Below, piece by piece: positions 10,047 through 19,649 of a DNA stretch of 54,950 bases (within the stretch, counting starts at the first letter, position 1; each line of letters begins with the position of its first letter). Under the pieces are notes generated by a model. It ran no database searches and was not told where the DNA came from. It was given only the letters and a program-made list of their open reading frames with translations. The position numbers and the translations under genes were made by a program. Source of the stretch: an uncultured Thermoplasmatales archaeon (GTDB lineage: Archaea > Thermoplasmatota > Thermoplasmata > Thermoplasmatales > GCA-001856825); assembly GCA_964541025.1 (NCBI GenBank), contig CAZIOW010000004.1, positions 1-54,950 of the forward strand, given 5' to 3'.

Positions 10047-11567
10047 GTGGGTATATTCTCATCAATTTTAAGGGATGAACTAATAGAGCAGAGGGAATAT
10101 CAGATAAATATTGCATCGACTGCAATCAAAAAGAATACCTTGATCATAATACCGACAGCACTTGGGAAGACGATAATAACAATAATGGCTCTTTCAAAAA
10201 TTATTGAAATTGGGGGGAAAGCCTTGTTTTTGGCCCCTACTAAGCCACTTGTTAGACAGCATCTGCTCAGTTTAAGAAAATTTCTTAATATTAACGAGGA
10301 TGAAATTGTGGAGGTAACAGGTGAGACAAGGAAGAGAGATAGGAATAAACTATACAGAAATGGAAGGATTATAGTTTCAACCCCACAGGCAATAGAGAAT
10401 GATCTGGATGTATTAGGCGAAATGAAAGATGAATTTAAAGTTGTAATTTTTGATGAAGCTCACAGAGCAGTTGGGGATTATGCTTATGTTTCAATTGCCA
10501 GGTATTTTTCCCCTTCATCGAGGATAATAGCTACGACTGCCTCTCCTGGAGGTGAAAAGGAAAGAATTGATGAAATAATTAGGAATCTGTCAATTGAGGC
10601 ACTCGAAATAAGGGATGAAAATTCACCAGATGTTATTGAATATATCAAAGGAATTGAAATAAAATGGATTAGGCTTGATATGCCTCACGAACTGAAGGAA
10701 ATAGTTTCTGAACTGAGGGAGATCTATGATCAAATTTTAAACAAGATCAAATATTACTTTCCAGGTATAAGTGGTAGGTCTAGGAAGGAAATCATATCAC
10801 TTAACGAAATGATTTCTCATCAAATAAAGCAAGGGAATAAGGCATACTATTCAGTCGCAAGGCTAAGAAGCCAGGCAATCATTCTGGACTATCTTCTTGA
10901 ATTTGCAGAGACTCAAGGGATTTTACCATTTTTAAGATACATTGATGAGTTAAATTCAGAGGAAAAGAGTTCTCTAAAATTCATAAATAACCCAGAATTT
11001 TCAAGGATTAGATTAATGGCATTGAAACTGGTAAATGAACCGTTGAGAATCCATACTCCAAAAATGTACAAGATTATAGAGATTCTCAAGAATCAGGATT
11101 TCCAAAAATCTATTATTTTTTGTCACTTCAGAATAACTGCTTCAATTATCGAAAATGCATTGAAGGAAAATGGATTTTCGTGTGAAAAATTTATTGGCCA
11201 GAGTTCCAAGAGGGATGAACACGGTATGTCACAGAACGAGCAGTCAACCATCATAGCGAAATTCAGGACTGGGGAAATAAAAATATTAGTAGCAACACAG
11301 GTTGGTGAGGAAGGTTTGGACATACCAGCAGCAGATCTTGTGATATTCTATGAGCCCGTTCCTAGCGAAATCAGATCAATACAGAGACGTGGAAGGACTG
11401 GAAGATTCGGAAAGGGGTTGGCAGTCATTCTTGTGATGAACGATTCCAGAGATGTATCTTATCTTTATATTTCAGGGAAAAAGGAGAGAGCCATGAAAAA
11501 TATACTCAAAGACAAAAAGTCCGGTGAGTCACAAACCACCTTTGACGAATTTCTCACGGGCGATTGA
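10047..11567 (+). CDS. hef: Hef/FANCM-like DEAH helicase without ERCC4 nuclease domain
   Basis: REYQ, PTALGKT, DEAHRA, TASPG, EEGLDIP, IQRRGRTGR; C-terminal QTTFDEF. Confidence 0.88.
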   Translation: MGIFSSILRDELIEQREYQINIASTAIKKNTLIIIPTALGKTIITIMALSKIIEIGGKALFLAPTKPLVRQHLLSLRKFLNINEDEIVEVTGETRKRDRNKLYRNGRIIVSTPQAIENDLDVLGEMKDEFKVVIFDEAHRAVGDYAYVSIARYFSPSSRIIATTASPGGEKERIDEIIRNLSIEALEIRDENSPDVIEYIKGIEIKWIRLDMPHELKEIVSELREIYDQILNKIKYYFPGISGRSRKEIISLNEMISHQIKQGNKAYYSVARLRSQAIILDYLLEFAETQGILPFLRYIDELNSEEKSSLKFINNPEFSRIRLMALKLVNEPLRIHTPKMYKIIEILKNQDFQKSIIFCHFRITASIIENALKENGFSCEKFIGQSSKRDEHGMSQNEQSTIIAKFRTGEIKILVATQVGEEGLDIPAADLVIFYEPVPSEIRSIQRRGRTGRFGKGLAVILVMNDSRDVSYLYISGKKERAMKNILKDKKSGESQTTFDEFLTGD

Positions 11568-13845
11568 ATAACCTTCTCGCTGAATTGTATATATTCATGA
11601 GACCTGTGTAAGAGGTAATGAAACTCTTCCCCTCAACCCCGCTTATAATAGCTCTCCCAAGTTCATAGTAAAATGGGCTGTTTAATGAGAGTAGCTCCTT
11701 TTCTGCAATATTATAATCTATTTCCTTCTTTAGATACCTTATAACTATCTTTAAAGCATTTATATCGGTAAGCTTGGAATCTATGTTAAGAATATCTTCT
11801 CTGTAAATTTTTCCATCAAGAAGCATTTCATAAAGATTGAGTCTCATTCCATCTTCCATTAAAAGTGCTTTGTTACCTGTAGATTCAATCTCCCTGAACG
11901 ATTTCATCACAAATTTCCTTGCGTTTTCAATATCACCCTGGTAGAATGATAGTTCGGATTCCCAGTATGAATATTCCTCTGAATATCGGTCACCGTACAT
12001 TCTTGCGATTTCTACTTCCAGCACCGGATCCTGACCCATAATGATTTTTATGATTGCAAGTTTGAACAAAAATGAAGAAATTTCATAATTGTTTAATTTC
12101 TCCAGAGAGTAATTGATACCTTTCATTAAATATTCCACTGCTTCTGATATTTCACCTCTTTTCAGGTATATGTCAGAAATGCTGTAATAGGCATTAGATA
12201 GAGCTATACTATCTCTGTTGAATCTTGGAACAGACTCAATTTCCCTTAGAAATCTGAATGATAACTCCTCATCTCCCATCTCCATTGCTAGAGGGATCAT
12301 ATTTGCTGTGGTTATTGAGTAACCTGAATAGTCTTTTATTTCCATGGCATAATTTCTTGACTTGTCGAAATATTTCAGACCTTCTACTATTTTCAAATCG
12401 TGAGAGTATAATATCCCTATATTGTTCACAGCTTTGGCCATTAACCCATAATCGCCTATCTCCTTTGCAATTTCAAAACTCCTTTGATAATGAGAGAGGG
12501 AGGATTTTAGGTCCTTTCTCATCAAGCATAAATTACCTCTAAGTCTTTCGTATTCGCACATCATTTTCTTTTCTTTTCCTAAATATTCTTCAGCCTTCTG
12601 CAGGAGATAATCAACGTGTGCTTCATCCCCTTCATTGATTGATATTGCGGATAAATCCAGATATAGATTGCCAAGACTTTCTCTCGCCATTTTGTTTGAA
12701 AAATTTTCTATTATTTTTGTCGCCTTTTCAAAACCATTCCTGTAAAAAATTATTTTTATATATTCCGCTATATCGTCAGGGTTTTTCTCGAAATAATCAG
12801 TCTGTATAAGGGCATCGAAAATCTTTAGAGCCCTTCTTGTGTTCCCCGCATAATTCAATGATACTGCATAGATATAATTGTCCCTTTCCGTAAGTTCAGA
12901 TATTTTCATCAGCGTTTCCATTGTATTTATTATATCCAAATATTCTCTTTTCACGAAAAGATCATTAATTACTAATCTTAAAGAGGAGGCACTTTCATTC
13001 CACATTCCTGCCTTATAGTAAAGTATACCTGAGAGAGTTTTGTTTTTTAATTTTGAATTGGCCTCGTTTGAATAGGAAATCATCAGATTCTTTCCCTTTT
13101 CGGTCAGCCTTTTACCAAATGCAGCCAACATTTCAGCATTGAGCGGGGTTAAATTGAATGTATCTTCCTTAAAAATTCCTTTCTTGACAAGGTCATACAG
13201 CCTTTTATAAACTGAAGGATAATTGCTTTTGATAAATGAATATGGTATTAAATATATAAATTCTCTTGTTTCCTCAATTGTTTCCACTTCTTCCTCAGTT
13301 AGGCTATTAATAATATCTTCTCTATCTGAAATATCATTTTGAATTACATTGAACTTGACTTCTTTCTTGTTTCCTGAGATGCTGTGTATAAAAGAAATTG
13401 GATAGAAATTCTCACCTGGTTTCCCGTAGTATTCTATTTCAAAACCTAGATTGACTATTTCTACTATCGATTTAGAGCTTTTTAGAATACCCTCAACTGT
13501 TGAAGATGCAAGAACATGATTTCCTTCTGTTGTTCCATAAATCCTTAGGACTTTTAGGGATTCTCGATCAATAAATTGAATGTCCTGAATGTAGATTGTT
13601 TTGAATTCTGAGCTGAGCTTATCTGCAATATTTTCAGCATTCAGATTTTCTTCAGTATACTTCAAATTTTCCAAGAAAGAATTGAAACAGGAAAGGGGTA
13701 TAGTCTGCATTTCATTACTTAGTGATACGTACATTGACTTTTTATTATTTGATTCATAATTTTCTCTTAGAATTTTGTTTCTGATGAAACTATCGGAGAT
13801 GATCAATACTGAATTATTTTGAATGATTTGCTTGTTATAATTCAT
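11554..13845 (-). CDS. Large TPR-repeat protein with degenerate NTPase-like N-terminus
   Basis: TPR-like helical repeats in the C-terminal half (AKAVNNIGILY, SNAYYSISDIYLKRGEISEAVEY); IYIQDIQFIDRES resembles a STAND/AAA_16 Walker B region. Confidence 0.7.
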   Translation of the reverse strand: MNYNKQIIQNNSVLIISDSFIRNKILRENYESNNKKSMYVSLSNEMQTIPLSCFNSFLENLKYTEENLNAENIADKLSSEFKTIYIQDIQFIDRESLKVLRIYGTTEGNHVLASSTVEGILKSSKSIVEIVNLGFEIEYYGKPGENFYPISFIHSISGNKKEVKFNVIQNDISDREDIINSLTEEEVETIEETREFIYLIPYSFIKSNYPSVYKRLYDLVKKGIFKEDTFNLTPLNAEMLAAFGKRLTEKGKNLMISYSNEANSKLKNKTLSGILYYKAGMWNESASSLRLVINDLFVKREYLDIINTMETLMKISELTERDNYIYAVSLNYAGNTRRALKIFDALIQTDYFEKNPDDIAEYIKIIFYRNGFEKATKIIENFSNKMARESLGNLYLDLSAISINEGDEAHVDYLLQKAEEYLGKEKKMMCEYERLRGNLCLMRKDLKSSLSHYQRSFEIAKEIGDYGLMAKAVNNIGILYSHDLKIVEGLKYFDKSRNYAMEIKDYSGYSITTANMIPLAMEMGDEELSFRFLREIESVPRFNRDSIALSNAYYSISDIYLKRGEISEAVEYLMKGINYSLEKLNNYEISSFLFKLAIIKIIMGQDPVLEVEIARMYGDRYSEEYSYWESELSFYQGDIENARKFVMKSFREIESTGNKALLMEDGMRLNLYEMLLDGKIYREDILNIDSKLTDINALKIVIRYLKKEIDYNIAEKELLSLNSPFYYELGRAIISGVEGKSFITSYTGLMNIYNSARRLFNRP

Positions 13846-13964
13846 TACTCATATATCATTCTAAATACTTAAAATATTTCCTAATATGTATGATATAATG
13901 CAAATAGTATGTTGATATTACATCCTACAAAATTTACATTTACAACGATGTATTTTTGAAATGA

Positions 13965-14726
13965 ATGATAAAAGAAGATAATTGCTACATGACTGTCGAC
14001 GAATTATCCAATATTATAAGGAATGGCAGAAAGATTACAAAACTTTTCCTCGATTATGATGGAACTCTTGTTCCTCTGGTCAGTTCTCCAGATTTAGCGA
14101 GAGCTGACGATGATCTAAGAAATTTGCTAGATTTGCTAAAGAAGAAATTCCCTACTTATATCATTACAGGAAGGGATCTCAATGATTTATTGAGTATTCT
14201 GGGAAAGGGGTACAATGTGATAGCCATGCACGGAGCAGAATTCATAGACGATGATGGCAATATAAAGAATATTGAGAATTTTGATCATTATGTTGAGAAA
14301 TCATCGGTACTAGCAAAAAAATATTCATTTCTGCCGGAAAAATTTCCAGGCGTACGGGTTTATGATAAAAGAGGGGGTGTTCAATTCCACTATTTCAATA
14401 TTAAAAGGGAAATGATAGATGAATTCCAGAATTACATGAGAGAATTGAGTGATGAAGATTTCGAACTTTATAGTGGAAAATACGTTTACGAGTTCAGGAT
14501 CAAAGGGATAAATAAAGGCAAGGCTATACTTGAAAGGATAGATAAGAAAGACCATATATTATTTGCAGGTGATGATAACACAGATGAAGAGGCATTTGCA
14601 TTGTTAGATGATCATATTACTATAAAAGTGGGCGATGGTATTACCAAGGCAAAATACAGACTTAATTCTTATAAAGATTTCCGGGAGCTCCTCGCATTTA
14701 TTGCAAATGAGTTAGGGGGTAAGTAA
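13965..14726 (+). CDS. otsB: Trehalose-6-phosphate phosphatase
   Basis: FLDYDGTL, ITGR, HGAE, NKGKA, GDDNTDEEAF. Confidence 0.9.
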   Translation: MIKEDNCYMTVDELSNIIRNGRKITKLFLDYDGTLVPLVSSPDLARADDDLRNLLDLLKKKFPTYIITGRDLNDLLSILGKGYNVIAMHGAEFIDDDGNIKNIENFDHYVEKSSVLAKKYSFLPEKFPGVRVYDKRGGVQFHYFNIKREMIDEFQNYMRELSDEDFELYSGKYVYEFRIKGINKGKAILERIDKKDHILFAGDDNTDEEAFALLDDHITIKVGDGITKAKYRLNSYKDFRELLAFIANELGGK

Positions 14727-14729
14727 CAT

Positions 14730-15407
14730 ATGAAATTTTCTTCAATTGAGGAAATGAATAAGGAAATGATTGAATGTAAATTATGCTCCAGAATTGTAAA
14801 ATTCAGAGAAGAAGTTGCTAAGAGGCCAGGAAGATTTTTTGGAGATAATTTTTGGAGCAAGCCGGTACCAGGATTCGGGCAATCAGATGCCAAGCTCCTA
14901 ATATTGGGGTTGGCTCCAGCAGCTACAGGTGGCAATAGAACCGGGAGAATTTTCACTGGCGATAAAACTGCCTCATTTTTAATATCGTCCTTATATGAAG
15001 TCGGATTGAGTAACAAACCTGACTCAGTGTCAAAAGATGATGGTTTGATTATAGAGAATACTTATCTCACAGCAGCATTGAAATGCGTTCCCCCAGGCGA
15101 TAAACCTAAAAGGGAAGAGCTCATAAACTGCAGCAGATACCTGCACTTTGAGCTAGATAACCTAAAAAATTTGAATGCTGTCCTAGTCTTAGGTAAGATT
15201 GCTTTTGATTCTTACATAAATTATCTCAGGTATAAGGGATATAATACAAATGGTATAAAATTCGGGAATGGACTGTTTTATGATATAAATGGCGTAAGAT
15301 TGTTCTGCTCCTACCATCCCAGTCCAAGAAATGTCAATACAGGAGTACTTAAAAGGGACAATTTCATAAAAAATTTGAGGGAGATAAAAGAGTATATTAA
15401 CCGCTGA
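14730..15407 (+). CDS. Uracil-DNA glycosylase, family 5 (Fe-S)
   Basis: CxxC, GLAPAATGGNRTGRIFTGD, KCVPP, YHPSPRN. Confidence 0.9.
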   Translation: MKFSSIEEMNKEMIECKLCSRIVKFREEVAKRPGRFFGDNFWSKPVPGFGQSDAKLLILGLAPAATGGNRTGRIFTGDKTASFLISSLYEVGLSNKPDSVSKDDGLIIENTYLTAALKCVPPGDKPKREELINCSRYLHFELDNLKNLNAVLVLGKIAFDSYINYLRYKGYNTNGIKFGNGLFYDINGVRLFCSYHPSPRNVNTGVLKRDNFIKNLREIKEYINR

Positions 15408-17118
15408 TTAGTTTTTTCATTATTTCAGAATCTTTCTTCCTGCTTGCGTTAAGCCATTTTGGCTCTTCATCAGCTGTCATCTCAAATTCCTTCAGTACAT
15501 TTCTCCTGAATAAATGGATCTTGACTCTCTCCCCGGGTTTGATTTCCTTCAGATCCTCCAACTTGACAAGTTTCAACTCCTTTGAGAAATCCCTCATGAA
15601 AAATTCTGAAAATCTTTCATTATTGATTGCAACAATTTCATCACCTGCGACTATTCCTGATTTGAAAGATGGAGAATTCCTTATTACAAATCTTACAGCA
15701 ATCTTTCCCCCGTTGCTCTGCAGGACCATGCCAGTGAACCCTCTGGGATTGTTTCTGTCATCAGGGTAGGAATATCGAATTTCATAACCAAGTTCCTCCA
15801 CATAATCACTGAATTTTTCATCACCTGTTTCGTTGACCAGCTTTTCAAGAGTTTTGGATACCTTATGCGAGGAAATATCTGATACCTTTTCTAGCAATTG
15901 TGAGAAATCTATTCCCTTTCCATCTGCTCTGTAATCATTGTATAGCAATTTGAAAACATCGTCAAAACTTTTGTTGTAATTTGAGTCCTTTATGATCTCA
16001 TTGTTTATGGCAAACGCTATTAGTTCTCCCTTTAAATAATACGATATATAATTATTTATGATGTCCCCGTCTGGCTTGTAAAGCTTTATCCATGTATTGA
16101 AGGATGATGAGGCAGCAGATCTTATTTCATGGCCTGGCTGGAATGTGTAATAATTGATCATTTCTATTATATGGTCAATGTATTCCTTTTCAGAAACTAT
16201 TCCGGCCCTAAGTAATACAAGCCATTCATAATAAGACGTGAAACCTTCACTGAACCAAAGAAGATCTGTATAAGCCTCCTTGGTATAATCAAATGGACCA
16301 AGTTCCTTTGGTCTGATTCTTTTAACATTCCACGTGTGGAAGAATTCATGAGAAACTGTTGAAAGAAAGAGTTTGTATTCAAAGTCATTTAAAAGCCTGT
16401 GTTCATTTGATAATATGAGTGTTGAGTTCCTGTGTTCCAATCCTCCCCCAATATCATCTGGCACAAGAACAATCATGAATATGTAATTCCTGTAAGGTAA
16501 CTCTCCAAAAATTTTCTCTTCCTCGATTACAATTTTTTTGAAATCATCTAGTATTTTTTCTTCGGGCCTCAGCATTTTCCCATAATAAGAAATAAAATGT
16601 TCCTTACCAGATACATTGAATTTGAGTACCTTTATATTTCCATACATAAAAGGGGAATCAGCAAGGATATCATAATTTTCAGCCACGAACTCATTTCCTT
16701 CCTGTGGAAGCCCATTCACCATTTCACCCTTTGTTTTACCTGAAAAAATTACACGGTATTCTTCCTCCTTCCTCCCTTCCACGTAGAAAAATACCGAGCT
16801 TCCATTTATTATGACAAGAGAATCATCCGCATATGATGTCTGAACGGAAAGTTCGTCACAGTACACCTCATATTCAATCTTGACCTCGTTCTCTTCCGAT
16901 AAAATTTCCCACGATGTCTTATCAAGTTGTGTTATTTTACCATTAACCACATTTATACTGGAGATGTGTCTTGAAAAATCTCTCACAAGATATGAACCTG
17001 GTGCCCATACAGGCATTGTTATTTTTTCCCTGATTCCCTTTCTCACTGGAAAAGACATTTCAACCTTAAGAATCCTTGTCGCAGAAGACGAAAGATCTAC
17101 ATTGAATTTTATTGTCAT
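15397..17118 (-). CDS. M61 family metallo-aminopeptidase with PDZ domain
   Basis: MPVWAPGSY, GGLEH, HEFFHTWNVKRIRP, LWFSEGFTSYY, SYYLKG; PDZ-like SPSFKSGI.AGDEIVAIN. Confidence 0.92.
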   Translation of the reverse strand: MTIKFNVDLSSSATRILKVEMSFPVRKGIREKITMPVWAPGSYLVRDFSRHISSINVVNGKITQLDKTSWEILSEENEVKIEYEVYCDELSVQTSYADDSLVIINGSSVFFYVEGRKEEEYRVIFSGKTKGEMVNGLPQEGNEFVAENYDILADSPFMYGNIKVLKFNVSGKEHFISYYGKMLRPEEKILDDFKKIVIEEEKIFGELPYRNYIFMIVLVPDDIGGGLEHRNSTLILSNEHRLLNDFEYKLFLSTVSHEFFHTWNVKRIRPKELGPFDYTKEAYTDLLWFSEGFTSYYEWLVLLRAGIVSEKEYIDHIIEMINYYTFQPGHEIRSAASSSFNTWIKLYKPDGDIINNYISYYLKGELIAFAINNEIIKDSNYNKSFDDVFKLLYNDYRADGKGIDFSQLLEKVSDISSHKVSKTLEKLVNETGDEKFSDYVEELGYEIRYSYPDDRNNPRGFTGMVLQSNGGKIAVRFVIRNSPSFKSGIVAGDEIVAINNERFSEFFMRDFSKELKLVKLEDLKEIKPGERVKIHLFRRNVLKEFEMTADEEPKWLNASRKKDSEIMKKLISG

Positions 17119-17212
17119 ATCATCCTTATTTTACTTCCTGATAAAACAGTTTTGTACATAATTTGTATATAATTTTGAAAAATGGTATTTACTCTTATTG
17201 ATATAATAGCAT

Positions 17213-18766
17213 ATGAACAGAGCTTTATATATTATACCAATAGTAGCCCTCCTGATAATCTCAGGAGCACTGGCATACGGTTACGTTGGGGCAGAATCTC
17301 AGCTAACCGCAAAAAATTCTCAGAATTCAGTTCTTTCAGCAGAACTAAACAGAACAATTTCTAATATTACAATTCTTCAGAACAGCTATGCTTCCCAGCA
17401 GTATCAGCTTAAATCATATGAGTCAAACATACAGTTACTTAAATCGGAATTGCAAGGAAACCAGAGCCAGGTTGTTCTCAATAAGGCATTTACTCACTGG
17501 GATTATATCTCCATAGAGAATGTATCCTTATTAATGTCCCAATATTCCAGCAACGCAACTCTCAGATGGATTGGCGGACCGCTTTCCGGGACTTACAGTG
17601 GATCTGGAAATATATCCGCAACCTGGAACAAATTCTTCTCACTTTGGAATGCGATCTGGTTCTATACTCCTGTAACACCGACTGTCAGTGTGTCTGGAAA
17701 TTTCAGTTCCGTAAATTCCACGGTACAATTTGTTCTGACATCCTATAAGACACCTCTAGAGGTTGATTATCTTAACATAAGCTATTCTTTGAATTTCTCC
17801 AATGCGAATGGCACCTGGTCTATAAATATGGAAACCTGGGACATTCAATCACATGGGATAGTATCATACAGTTATAATGAATATTCATCCCTTCTACTCA
17901 ACCAGATAATGAATTATTCATTTTCACACTGGGACTATATAGCCATCGAAAATGTTTCCCTGCTGATGCCACAATATGCCAGCAATTCTTCTCTCTTATG
18001 GATTGGTGGCCCACTCTCTGGGGTGCATAGTGGCATCCAGAATATTACAGCTACTTGGAATAAATTTTTCTCCCTATGGAGTGCAGTCTGGTTCTACACT
18101 TTATCCCCTCCTACTATATCATTTGTTAACAATGATTATTTCGTTAATGCACAGGTCCAGTGGGTTCTCACTTCCACCCAAACACCTTTGCAGGTCAATT
18201 CGATTTTAACAAATTATACAATTGAATTCTCCTATGTGAATGGTATTCCGCAGATAGAGAAGGAGATATGGAAGATAAATAATGCTGGTTTCATATCTTA
18301 CACGGCTAAGGAGTATGAAAATCTTCAATCTCAGGCTATTCTAAACGCATCATTCTCACACTGGAACAATGTGGCGATTGAGAATATATCCCTAGTTATG
18401 TCTCAGTATTATCAGAATTCAACACTTCAATGGATAGGAGGAAAACTTGCGGGAAATTACACCAATTACTCCCAAATACAGAATACTTGGAATAAATTCT
18501 TCAAGGTCTGGGCAGCTGTTTGGTACTATTCAGAGGCACCTCCATTAATAAATGTACAAATTTCTAATGGGGAGATAACATCAGGTACCGTCACTGCAGA
18601 CATACAGTTTGTGGTGCAAAGTTCTTCCAACACTTCAACATTCGATTACATAGATGTTGTGTACACAATAAATTTTGTTGTATCAAACAATAATTTCTAC
18701 ATAACCAATGAAGTATTTGACAATGTTGGTACAGGACCTCTGGAGCAAGTGGGACCGTTCACATGA
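17213..18766 (+). CDS. Membrane-anchored/secreted protein with coiled coil and three NTF2/SnoaL-like repeats
   Basis: N-terminal hydrophobic segment, Q/S/N-rich coiled coil, three repeats HW..I.IEN.SL.M.QY...L.WIGG.L.G...TWNKFF; many N-x-S/T sequons. Confidence 0.8.
   Translation: MNRALYIIPIVALLIISGALAYGYVGAESQLTAKNSQNSVLSAELNRTISNITILQNSYASQQYQLKSYESNIQLLKSELQGNQSQVVLNKAFTHWDYISIENVSLLMSQYSSNATLRWIGGPLSGTYSGSGNISATWNKFFSLWNAIWFYTPVTPTVSVSGNFSSVNSTVQFVLTSYKTPLEVDYLNISYSLNFSNANGTWSINMETWDIQSHGIVSYSYNEYSSLLLNQIMNYSFSHWDYIAIENVSLLMPQYASNSSLLWIGGPLSGVHSGIQNITATWNKFFSLWSAVWFYTLSPPTISFVNNDYFVNAQVQWVLTSTQTPLQVNSILTNYTIEFSYVNGIPQIEKEIWKINNAGFISYTAKEYENLQSQAILNASFSHWNNVAIENISLVMSQYYQNSTLQWIGGKLAGNYTNYSQIQNTWNKFFKVWAAVWYYSEAPPLINVQISNGEITSGTVTADIQFVVQSSSNTSTFDYIDVVYTINFVVSNNNFYITNEVFDNVGTGPLEQVGPFT
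17480..18760 (+). repeat. Three intragenic tandem repeats, 432-nt period
   Basis: CAC-TGG (His-Trp) anchors at 17495, 17927 and 18359. Confidence 0.9.
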
Positions 18767-18837
18767 GTAATTTTAATTTCTTCAATTTATTTTTTTTAAC
18801 TTTTTATACTTCCAGTGGTTTAGCATATCATAGCAAG

Positions 18838-19173
18838 ATGCCCAATAAGGTAGCTTTTGATAGTATTGAGATCAAGGATATTCATATTAGAAGACTCTTT
18901 TATTGGTTATTCTTCGCTTCAAAAGGAGGAGATACAAGATTAAGAATTGTTCAGAAGCTTATGAATTCGCCAATGAATAAGAATGAACTTAGCACAGAAC
19001 TGAGCCTGAATTACCGAACTGTTGAGCATCATATAAGGATTCTCATGGAAAATAATATTTTGGATGGAGATGAAAGAAAATATGATTCCATTTTTTATAT
19101 AAAGGAGAATATGAAAATGTCAATAGATGAGATAATTAAGAAATATAATTTAAGAGAGGCGAAGGATAAATGA
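18838..19173 (+). CDS. ArsR-like winged-helix transcriptional regulator (ORF track starts at 18763)
   Basis: WLF.ASKGG.TR.RI..L...P.N.NELS..L.LNYRTV.HHI..L archaeal ArsR-like pattern. Confidence 0.8.
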   Translation: MPNKVAFDSIEIKDIHIRRLFYWLFFASKGGDTRLRIVQKLMNSPMNKNELSTELSLNYRTVEHHIRILMENNILDGDERKYDSIFYIKENMKMSIDEIIKKYNLREAKDK

Positions 19174-19457
19174 TTGGATTTATATGGATAGCCAACATTC
19201 TAATAGGTTTCATAGATCTTTTGCTATTCGTCTTTATATCTTTAGTACTCTTTAGAAATTATAGCATTACCAAGGCAAAGTTACTGAAGAGTTTAGTGTT
19301 ATTTTCAATATTCATGATTATCTATGCTTTATCATCTATAATAAGCAGCATTTACCTTTCAATGAACTTCGGGTACGAAGTTGGTTTTCCATTACTAATT
19401 GTCAACATTATTTCTGTTGTGGGATTCATACTTTTGTACAGTGTTGTAAATTCCTAA
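19170..19457 (+). CDS. Small membrane protein (3 predicted TM helices)
   Basis: Three hydrophobic stretches; 4-nt overlap with the regulator. Confidence 0.75.
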   Translation: MIGFIWIANILIGFIDLLLFVFISLVLFRNYSITKAKLLKSLVLFSIFMIIYALSSIISSIYLSMNFGYEVGFPLLIVNIISVVGFILLYSVVNS

Positions 19458-19649
19458 TTTTTTCATTTAATTTTCCATCATCTTTTTAAAATAATGGACT
19501 AATTTAACTTTGCATTACCTAATGCATCTAGCATCCTCATTTAACTTTCTATAGAAAGTACAAAAAATATCTTGCTCCAAAGTATTATTATTGTGATCTA
19601 TTGTGCATTCTATTGTTCTTTTTTTAAATGACACTTTTTAATAAGCCGC

